From Tubulanus polymorphus (taxonomy: Eukaryota; Animalia; Nemertea), in NCBI RefSeq assembly GCF_964204645.1, contig NC_134029.1, forward strand, positions 22,748,950 to 22,812,949: a stretch of 64,000 bases of DNA, given 5' to 3'. Positions 11,601 through 21,360 of this stretch are shown here, one piece after another. The notes below the pieces were generated by a model, which had not been told where the DNA came from, did no database searches, and was given only the letters and a program-made list of their open reading frames with translations. Both the position numbers and the translations under genes were made by a program. The stretch's first letter is position 1. Every line of letters begins with the position of its first letter.

Positions 11601-14600
11601 CGCATCATACAAGGAAACAATTCTGTTGTGAAGATCAAAGAGCCTTTTTCACATTCGACCAGGTACATATCATCTCAAGAACTTATGATTTAATATTAGT
11701 TTGGTCACTTTTATTTCACAATTACCTAAAGGCTGTGCATGCACAAATCTGTCTTTTTTTTCCAGTACATGACTAAAATTGATGTGGCTGGTGTTGCTAT
11801 TTGTTTAAAGCCTCAATTATTTACTCCTTTTTATCAGACTAAGAACGTGAGTAATATGTTTCTCGAAATGAAATTATAGAAATTCATTGGTATTGGTATG
11901 ATTTATGCTGTAAAGCTTTGTTTTCATATTCAGGGATGCTACAATAGAAGTTGTCACAATACTAAAAGATTTAACAGAAAAAGGAAGTCAGTGGAACATG
12001 TAAGTTTGATGCCCTTTCTGCGAGACGCGGGTTCATTTTTGTTATTTTTGCTTAGATGTTGAAGCAAAAACAGATTAATGTGCTCTTCCACATTAGGTTA
12101 TTCATCCACAGACGGATCCTGCTGACTCGACATGTTTTTGCGGAGTTGAATTCACCAATTGGAAAGATCTTCTAGACCATGTTAGTTTAAACCATACTGA
12201 AATGTAAGTACAACATAATTCAATTAATTTAGTACCTACAAATCTAAATGACTTAATGCAAATGACTCAGAGATACCCATGTTTTATGTTAGGCCTATAT
12301 GGGTAATTTCATACTCTATCTATTCATATGTCTAAAAAAAGTGAGTTGATAATGTGTATTTCAGGCGGACAATGGAGGAAGAAGGAAAGGACGCGGCTTG
12401 TGACAATTTCTCGGAAGGAACGATAGAGGAAGCAGAAAAGATGCAGGAAGATAGTTTGAAAGAAAGGATAGAAAGATTAAAGATGCAGGAAGATAGCTGG
12501 ATGGAAAACAAAAAACAGCTAAGTATCACAGGTGGTGGAGGTATCGAACCAATCATAATTGATGATAGTGATGAGAATGATTCTGATGATGAACATGTAT
12601 GTAGAAGAAATTTTAGTTACAATCCAACAGAAATGTGCCTCAATGACTATCAGTTTTTGAAAATTCCTCCTGTTATGCCATCAAAGGTCACGTCATTCAG
12701 AATTTGTGACATGTCTAATTCATGTCATTTGGCTGATGATGCCCCCACTATGCCCCACAAAAATCAGTTGGAGGACATAAAAGCACAGATGCAGTCAAGG
12801 ATTGTCCGTGACCCTTCCATTAATATCCATGTGAGACTCGATACAGGCTGCTATTCTATTGATCAGATTAATAGGTTTCTTTTCTTACATTATGCTAAAA
12901 CCAAACAACAAGATCTTTTTGCCATGAATCTTTGGGTAAATAGTAAGCCTTTAAGCCCCACTGATTCAGTCGATTGGGAACAGATTCAAGCATTTTCAAA
13001 TATGCTCTTTTCCTTAAAACCCTCTCAACAATTTCCAGTTGGTAATAATAATAGCGTATCTGTATCAGAACTTCAGACGATGACTAATCAAAAATGGTTT
13101 GAAGGATCTGTGTTAAATGCTTTTGCATCTATGATAAATGAACAGTACTGTAATATTCATGCATTTATGATGCCACTTACATTTGATGCTAAGAAATATG
13201 TTTCAAATTTATATAAAAGATTCGGTCCTAATCCACTCATAAGTTGTGATAAACTAATTTTTTTCCTGCATGTTGGCACCCAAAACGATTTCGTATTTCT
13301 AAATTCTTATGGACATGTTGTTGCCAATCATTATGCACTAGCAGTTTTTTACCCAAAAAGTAACAAACTGTGTTATGCTGATACACTAGCATGGGATTGT
13401 CCAAGGGAATTTAAAAATCATTTAAGATCTGTTTTGAAAGGTTTGAATTGCCCTGATCCTGTTTATATCCACCTCCATGATCCTCATTTTGTTACTGAAA
13501 ATTCAGTGCATGTATGTAGTAATAATTGTACTAGTTATTACCCACTCCAATCATGTTCATCTGTCTGTGGCCCTGCTACATTAATTGGTGCTTGCATTGC
13601 AACCTATTATGAAAAGGATATTTCAAGTGTATTTTCATCTCCCAATGAATTATCTTATCTTAAGAACATTTCTAACTATTCTGATTTTGTTAGATTGATA
13701 TTGATTAATTGGCTTATGAAACATCTAATTGATATTACTCAACTCTTCTCAAAGTCATCTCAACCTACTGCTAATAGTACTACTTTCTCTAAGATATCAC
13801 GATTATCTCGCAGACAGAGACATAAACGATCAACTGAGTCAAATAATACACTAGCTAGTTCTGAATTAAAGATGTCAGACTCTTATATTGCCCCTAAAAA
13901 AAGCAAATCAGTCTTAACTACAGCCAAATCTAAATCTACACCAATTTTGAATAATGAATCAACACTTGAATCTACACCAATTTCGAATTATGAATCTGCA
14001 GCAATTTTGACTAATGAATCAACACCAATTTCGAATAGTGAATCTGCACCAATTTTGACTAATGAATCAACACCTGAATCAACACCAATTTCGAATAGTG
14101 AATCTGCACCAATTTTGACTAATGAATCTACACCAATTTCGAATAGTGAATCTGCACCAATTTTGACTATTAAATCTACACCTGAATCTACACCAATTTC
14201 GAATAATGAATCTACACCTGAATCTACATCCTCAATTTTGAATCTTCAATCCTCATTAACTCTAAATTCAGCTGAACCATTAACTTCCCATATTAATGGT
14301 TCTAAAACTACTATCTCCCATCGCATCAGGAGAGGAAAGCATTATCTTGAAGTTGCTTTTCATTCAACTGGCAGTAAGACGAAGTATAAAAGTTTTCATT
14401 GTACAGACCAAGGTACAAATGACCAGGTAGCCATTGACACTATCAAGAAATACCTCAACAACCAGAATCCACTTAGTGATGAATGGGTTGAAAATGGGGA
14501 AGTAATGACTGGTGCTGACACAAAATATTATTTCGATAGATTCACTTTTGATTTTACAAAAACAGTTCGTCTGCATAAGAATGTGCGGCCTTCATTTGTT

Positions 14601-17600
14601 GGTAACCAGACAACGATGAAAGCTTCCTTAACATTAAAAAAGAATTGGCAAACCCATAGATTAGATAATAAATTTGAATTTATTGAGCCAATTGTTGAGG
14701 ATACTTCTCAATTTGTGGCTGCAGAAATGCTCATAAAATGTTCGTCAAAGTCTTCAGTTTGTAAATCATCATGTGGATATTATCTTTCAAAGTTGAATAT
14801 GTCCAGTAACATCACTAATTGTCCCTCATGTCAAATTGACGTTGTTTTAAATGATAAACAATGTATTCATTGCTCCATTACCATGTCTAACAAATGGAGG
14901 AAAAATGCTGATGGTGAAACACTTTGTTCCAACTGTTACAACTATAAGCTGAAGAATAAACGTGATCGTCCTGTGAAGTTAAGGCAGCAGTTTGAGCCAA
15001 AAAAATTAATTCACCCTCATTTTATGTGTTATTGGGCAACGAAACTTGTATTATTTAGTACTGATTTATCCAAGTGGAGAATCTTCAGCAAACCACTTAA
15101 TGGTCAATATCATGACAATATTCCTTTACAAATTAAAAAGCGACCTAATTTATCTACTAGAGATAGATGGGATGAAAATAGAGTCATGATGAAAGCCACA
15201 GCAATGAAGGTTCTTTCTGCCACCAATGCTCACAATAACCTTCATGTATCAAATGTAAATGATGGCGCCGGTCATGACCATACCCTAGATCAAATTTCAA
15301 ATAGATTGAAATATATTGATAAATCTTCGATAAAATTACATATGAAATCTCAAGACGAAATACCTATTCTAAGTTCTGATTGGAGAAATACTGAAAAATT
15401 ATTAGAGGGTAACTATGAATCTGTCCTTTTATTTCAACGAGGGGATGCCACACTCAAACGTAATTATCACATTATTCTCTCTGATCCTCGTTCTCTGGAA
15501 CATTTATCCAACTTTGGACAATCTGTCATTGGTATTGACGTGAAACATGATTTCAATTCGTGGAAATTCAAAACTTCATTTGTAACTTTTGCAGACAACA
15601 AAAATGAAGGACGTATTGCTGCTGCATCAATTAGTAGTGATGAAGGGGGGCTACTCATGCAACTACCATCCAGTTAGTTCTAGCCAATACACCATGTAAA
15701 GACGAAAAATGTAATCATCCATCTGAATTCTATATATTTAATGATGGCAATGGTTTTTTCAGAATCAAGCCATGTTCATCAACATCTAGATTTTGTCCTT
15801 TTGTACAACATGATAAAGATGCAAGTCTAAAGCAAGGAGCATCTGACAATAATCTTAAATCAGTACTATGTAATTTTCATGTCCTGCAGTGTATTCGTCG
15901 CTTCATGAATGAAAATCAAGAACTTCGCTTATTTTGCAAGCCTCTAGAAACTGGTTTCAAATGCATTATGAGATCATGGGATGCTTCCTCTAGAACTGAT
16001 ATAGCCAATTCATTTATTAGTTTTATTGAGAATGATATTTCTTTAGACCTTATGTCGCAAGATACAAAAACATTATTTATTGATTACCTAAAGAAGAATT
16101 GGTTTAATTCCCAAATTTGGTCTGATGCATTCAATGCTGAATCAATTTATCAGTCAGACCAATCTAACAGAAATAACCCTTTGCTATTAACTGATAATAT
16201 TACTGAGCGCAAATTCAAACAAATAGATGATGTCTACTTAAGTGGACACCTAAATAAACTGATATCATCTTTTGTACGATTACTGTTTGAAAATGTTTTT
16301 AATGATGAGATCAAAGCGACAAATATGAACAATCTCCAATTTAAGCAACTTGACCAACGAGTTAAGAATATACGTCACCTTGAAAAGATAGAAAAGTGTT
16401 GCAAAAGAGCCTTTGATTTATTACAGAATAATGAGATTTTAAAATATGATGAAGAAACTAATTGGTTTGTTGTGAAGAGTTCTTCACGAAAGAACTTAAA
16501 TAGGTTAGAAGATAATGATAATTTTTTCAATGGTGATACTCAATATACATTCAATCAGCTTGATGTTTTAGAAGAAAGATTCCCCGATAAAGTATCAATA
16601 TCCGAGGAACATTCATATGACATTTCAAAAAAATGCCGAAGGTACATAGGAAATTTAGATTCAATATCCAGTCGTATCTTATTCAATTACGTTATTACAA
16701 TCGTTCCTGAAAATTGTCTTTCATACGTAGATGGTAATTGCCATTTAATCAATTTGAAACTAGGTATATGTACTTGTGAAGCTTTTATAATGATTGGACA
16801 ACCATATTTTTGCAAACATCTTTTTGCCTGTTTTGCCCAAAAAAACAATATAACCACAACGAAGGCTTTAATTGATGCATATAAATTCCACATTGTGGAG
16901 CCTCTGCCAACTTACAATTTTACTCGACAAAATATTTCTGTTTCATCTACCCTCATTGATAAGTTAAAAGATCATTCCCACATTGCTAGCTCGAATGATA
17001 TCAATGCTGCTCGGAAAGGGCACATTCTAAGTATTTTACATAATGAAAGCCACTGTGGAATTAAGTTAATAAGCGGACGACCTGCCAAACGACAACCTCA
17101 CAATATGGCTCATAGGCGTGCTGAGGGTCCAATCAAGGACAATCAGGTTGCCATAAACCTTCCTGAACTTGAAGTGATAGACCCTTACTGCCCTAAGGTT
17201 ACAATGCCTAAAGATGCTGAGAATGCAAGACACGGAGGGCGAAAGATAATTAGACCTGCTAACAGAGGTGTATCCTTTTCTGCTATGGTTGAAAATGCTG
17301 CTATCAAACTAGGTAAAAAAGCTAAAATATCAGAAATTGAAACCATAGACTCCACTGATCCAGATCCTGGCAATGATATCGAATTTTCAGCAGATATTTT
17401 AAGTCAGAATAAATCATCCTTACCAAAAAAATCAAAAGATACCAAACCAAAAGATATTAAGTCAATACCAGTTGTTAAAAATGACTCGAAGTCTGTTTTA
17501 TTTGAAAAAAGTATTGTCTGTTCCTTTTGTATTAAAGACAAAATAAATCCTCCATATCTTTGTTCATGTCGCAGGGAACTAGATAGGCACATATCCACTT

Positions 17601-18100
17601 CTCATTCATCTTTGAAACCTATCTCATGTGCTATTTGTTGGGCAGATGGGGTTATTAATTCATATGCAAGTGAAACATTCCTTCAAAAGCACATTCGTAT
17701 TGAACATAATCATCATAAGAAAAAATCTATTGTAATCGATTATAATAATAGAGATGATTATCTCAACAGTTCTCCTATTACAGAAATCAATAATTCCAAT
17801 TCTGAAAAAGAATTAGAAATTCTTATAGATCAACCTGGAAATGCAGGCCTCCAAAACCTAGCAAAATTGAAACTAGATAATCTTTTGTCATCAAAAGTTG
17901 AAAAAACCCCTTCTCAGTTAGTTGCTGAAACCTGCCCTGTCTGCCACAAAAACTGCAATGCTAATCCTAAGAAAAAGTCCACATTCTCAATTGAATGTGA
18001 TAATTGCCATAGATGGTATCATTGGAAATGTGCTCCAATCAATGAGGCTCCTCCTGAACATATCAGGTGGTTTTGTTTTCATTGTGACCCGATTTCCTAA
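8645..18100 (+). CDS. Giant multi-domain MULE transposase of about 2250 aa (SGNH hydrolase, C2H2, Ulp1/C48 protease, repeats, GATA finger, DDE, SWIM, 2x C2H2, PHD); exons 8645-8710 (tentative), 10408-10522, 10594-10774, 10857-10967, 11062-11151, 11246-11312, 11431-11493, 11582-11662, 11766-11846, 11934-11999, 12097-12203, 12365-18100 with a -1 shift at the G6 run 15645-15650
   Basis: All eleven GT-AG junctions are phase-compatible with no stops. Motifs: LVADS/PGG/HVGTNN/DLLHP (SGNH); KWFEGSVLN/NHYAL/YADTL/QSCSSVCG (Ulp1); CIHC-x17-CSNC..RDRP (GATA); GIDVKH, QHDKD, LCNFHV, TDNITE (MULE catalytic core); CTC...CKH (SWIM); CPVC...CDNCHRWYHWKC...WFCFHC (PHD). The first exon is the least certain. 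Confidence 0.82.
9138..9685. mobile_element. Fold-back element/MITE with ~250-bp inverted arms and a 48-bp spacer, nested in intron 1 of the transposase gene
   Basis: 9138-9387 is the near-perfect reverse complement of 9436-9685. The ends can be read as TA|ATGTC...GACAT|TA. Confidence 0.85.
13933..14240 (+). repeat. Coding minisatellite (ESTPISNSESAPILTN-like units) between the Ulp1 and GATA/DDE regions
   Basis: Repeated in-frame GAATC(A/T)ACACCAATTTCGAAT and GAATCTGCACCAATTTTGACTAAT units. Confidence 0.9.
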
Positions 18101-18877
18101 ATAGTTTGTATAGAATATTATTGATCGGGTTTCGAATGAATTCCTGACGTTAGAAATATTTTCATTTCCCATGGTGAACGTAGAAGCCTATAATGACCGT
18201 CACTTAGTCACCTATATATTTACTCGATTATATATAAGGTTAAGAAGCGATGTATATGCACTGGTGTTTATAGTGCTCTATTTCAGGTTTTTTCTTTCAG
18301 GAAAATATATTTTGTGAATAGATTACCGCTTGATTTTTTATGTTACAGGTTACTGCAAAATCATCAGTTATTGTGATGCGTGCCGATGTCTCTGGATGAT
18401 TCTGACCATGTCTAGAACTTCAACATCCTTGACTTATCATCAATTGGCAGCAGTATACATACATGCATGTTCAGAGAGTGTATGAAGAGAGTGTATGGAC
18501 ACATCAACCTCGGTTCAAGGCTGTCCCTGATTAAATTGTATAATCCATATATAATATATATAGATTGGTCCCATTTTAACTTACTCAACTGCTTGAATGT
18601 CTTGTTTGTTATTCGTAAATTTTCACTTATTCATTGATTGTTTCTGTAGAATTTTATATGTGATATATAAACGTGGAAACCAGGGCCCATTGCACTATGA
18701 AAGACACTTGACATTTTTTTGGGACAGATCTTTCTATATGTTTATGTCCTCGAGGCATCTGAAGTTAAGAAAATTCCCTTTGAAAACTGGAAATGACATA
18801 ATGAAATAAGTTGTGGAATGTTTACAAATGACAAAATGAATGAATTTTGCATTCCTAAGGCCCTATATATTTACTGC

Positions 18878-19745
18878 AGTTAGTCCTGTATGTCTTTTTT
18901 ATCGCAATTTACTGTGGTTTATTCCTGTTTGTCCTGTATGTCTTTGTGATCGCGATCGCAATTCATTGGTTGCATTGTTTACTGTTAGTCCTGTATGTCT
19001 ATCGCAATTAAGTTAGTCCTGTATGTCCTGTATGTCTTAGTTAATCGCAATTCATTGGTTGTTGAATTGTCTACTGTTAGTCCTGTATGTCCTGTGGTTT
19101 AGTCCTGTATGTCTTAGTTAATCGCAATTCGTTGGTTGAATTGTCTACTGTTAATCCTGTATGTCCTGTATGTCTATCGCAATTAAGTTAGTCCTGTATT
19201 TCTTAAATAATCGCAATTCATTGGTTAATGAATTGTCTACTGTTAGTCCTGTATGTCCTGTGGTTTTGTCCTGTATGTCTTTGTGATCGCGATCGCAATT
19301 CATTGGTTGCATTGTTTACTATTAGTCCTGTATGTCTATCGCAATTAAGTTAGTCCTGTATGTCCTGTATGTCTTAGTTAATCGCAATTCATTGGTTGTT
19401 GAATTGTCTACTGTTAGTCCTGTATGTCCTGTGGTTTAGTCCTGTATGTCTTAGTTAATCGCAATTCGTTGGTTGAATTGTCTACTGTTAATCCTGTATG
19501 TCCTGTATGTCTATCGCAATTAAGTTAGTCCTGTTTGTCCTGTATGTCTTAGCTACGAGCAATTATCAAACTTGATAATTGCTCGTAGGTCTTAGTTAAT
19601 CGCAATTCATTGGTTGCATGGTTTACTGTTAAAGCTGTATGTTCTGTATCTCTATCGCAATTTCATTGGTTGCATTGTTTACTGTTAAAGCTGTATGTTC
19701 TGTATCTCTATCGCAATTTCATTGGTTGAATTGTTAACAGTCCTC
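18878..19745. repeat. Compound satellite array inside the MULE (modules GTCCTGTATGTC, ATCGCAATT, CATTGGTTG) with a ~337-bp higher-order duplication
   Basis: Dozens of module copies. GTCCTGTATGTCTTTGTGATCGCGATCGCAATT occurs at 18931 and 19268. Confidence 0.9.
19546..19595. mobile_element. 36-bp perfect hairpin (17-bp arms) flanked by a 7-bp direct repeat; probable transposon excision footprint
   Basis: GTCTTAG|CTACGAGCAATTATCAA-AC-TTGATAATTGCTCGTAG|GTCTTAG. Sister satellite units have a single GTCTTAG. Confidence 0.7.
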
Positions 19746-19885
19746 TGTATGTACATGTAAAAATAATTAAGGTTCTGACAACAGGTTTGTAAAGTAATCA
19801 GCTATCTGTTTTGTCTATCGTTGCTTAAATTGTTAACTGTTGTTTTAGAGTTCTGTATGTCTTTGTCGATCATTTTGTCTGCACT

Positions 19886-20118
19886 CAGGGGCGGATCCAG
19901 CATTTTGAAGGCAAATGAAAGCAACAACAGATGGCTGTAAGCCATTCCAGAGCAAGCACCGATAACGCGAAGACCCTCCCTAAAAATTTTTTGGAAAAAT
20001 AGATGCAAGCAGGTGCATTCTGAGCATTACTTAATAGAAAGATTTCATTCGGTTTTTACTCAGTAACGCATAGATTTGCGGCTACATCGGTAAAAATAGA
20101 GGGGTGGAACCGCCACTG
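19886..20118. mobile_element. Degenerate non-autonomous element with CAGGGGCGGATCC-type termini, nested in the MULE
   Basis: Imperfect inverted ends CAGGGGCGGATCC ... GGAACCGCCACTG; no clear TSD. Confidence 0.45.
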
Positions 20119-20777
20119 AATAGCTATTGTTTTGTGTAGGATTGTATCTGTGAATTAAGTAAAGTTACTTACTCCAGTCTGATGTTATTGCTTATTGCTC
20201 GTATTTTATTGTTTTAAGTGTGCGAATACTTTTCTTAGATTTATGGAGATCAGGATGACGAGGGTTCGATTTGAACCAACAAATAAACAAAAACATTCAA
20301 ACCTCAAATTAATCCGTTTACTTGTCTTTATTTTTGGGGAACATTTTTTTACCTAGTTCAGATTTGATAACACAGTAGTCGCTTGTTCCAAAGCGATGTG
20401 CCGTTGAAGACAGACATGAAGGTCTTTGCCGACAGCGATGCTATCCAGGATTTCAAAGGATGTGAAGAAGGTGCATCTTCGACAACCATAGTTTGCAGTT
20501 TTAACAATTTAAAACAATAATAGTTTCATTAAACAACTTAAAATTTAAAGATTTAGTGGACTTACTGTTTAACCAGGGCAGGGATTTCTCGCAACCGTAC
20601 ATGATATATACATACACTAGCAGTAAATACAATGTACTTCTAACCCTTATAAAACTTAAACTATTTTTAGTTATTTTACAATTATTAAACGGCAACGTTG
20701 AAATGCGATGTGCGCTCAGAGCGGCCGTAGTGATTTTGGCGTATTGTGGGATTCGAACCGCTCGGAATTTGTACTAG

Positions 20778-20821
20778 TGACGTCACTCGCCATCGACCAA
20801 AACAGGCTTTCAACCTTTTGC
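20778..20821. repeat. Right terminal inverted repeat (44 bp)
   Basis: TGACGTCACTCGCCATCGACCAAAACAGGCTTTCAACCTTTTGC, followed directly by the TSD TGTCCGACC (20822-20830). Confidence 0.95.
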
Positions 20822-20831
20822 TGTCCGACCT

Positions 20832-20846
20832 GAAAAAGAGAGAAAG
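20832..20846 (-). promoter_or_regulatory. Native RPL4 TCT initiator / 5'TOP tract, displaced 12.3 kb from the gene
   Basis: Minus strand reads CTTTCTCTCTTTTTC, 1 nt from the TSD. Removing the element and one TSD copy places it ~50 nt upstream of the RPL4 ATG, as expected for a ribosomal protein gene. A GC box (GGGCGG) lies at ~20861. Confidence 0.75.
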
Positions 20847-21360
20847 TAGATCGACGAGGTGGGCGGTGAACAGGGTCTGAGAAATAGTTCAAAATTTCAC
20901 AGCAATAACAGCTATATTTCGTTTATACTTCTTATTCCAAGCATATTCTATTTGTGAGATAGGAAATTTATGGACATTCCAATTATATTTTATATACATG
21001 AGATAAGAACTTAACATGCCAATTATCTTTCCAATTAGCGTAGGGATATATTAATTGAAGAGGGCAGCACCAGCTGGGAATATAAGGACTTACTATCATT
21101 AACTGGCGGGCCGCTACAACGGGTCCACCGGAATGTTACTCCTAAGACTGCATGAAAATCCTTTTATATGAATGAAGACGAAATATAAGTCCATATATAG
21201 TCTATATAAAATTTATTTTATTGAAAATATATAAATTATCTTCTATTGTTCTTAGTTTACTGGACGGACAAAGTCTAGGTGCTGCACCAGGCTCGTAGTC
21301 AGGCTTCATTGGCAGTTCCATGAGATGCAACAGTTGGCAGATTACTCATCCAAAAATCAA

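Larger units (their letters stand above)
8482..20821 (+). mobile_element. 12.3-kb Mutator-like (MULE) DNA transposon inserted in the RPL4 5' UTR
   Basis: 44-bp TIRs starting with G (8482-8525 and 20778-20821, one mismatch) and a perfect 9-bp TSD. The internal transposase has MULE D..D..CxxH..E motifs and a SWIM finger. Confidence 0.93.

Noticed and set aside
15905-18100. Treating the 731-aa ORF as a separate gene
   Set aside because: The DDE triad is split between ORF1, the gap and ORF2, and the ORF2 frame is open back to the G6 run. It is one frameshifted coding sequence.
18878-19745. Repeat array superficially like a CRISPR array
   Set aside because: The context is eukaryotic, the segments between repeats are themselves repeated, and there are no unique spacers or cas genes.
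18579-20605. Possible second, convergent (mudrB-like) spliced gene on the minus strand of the MULE; GTAAGT donors at 20565, 20172 and 18584
   Set aside because: I could not chain exons into a credible reading frame, and three such hexamers in 2 kb of AT-rich DNA is weak evidence.
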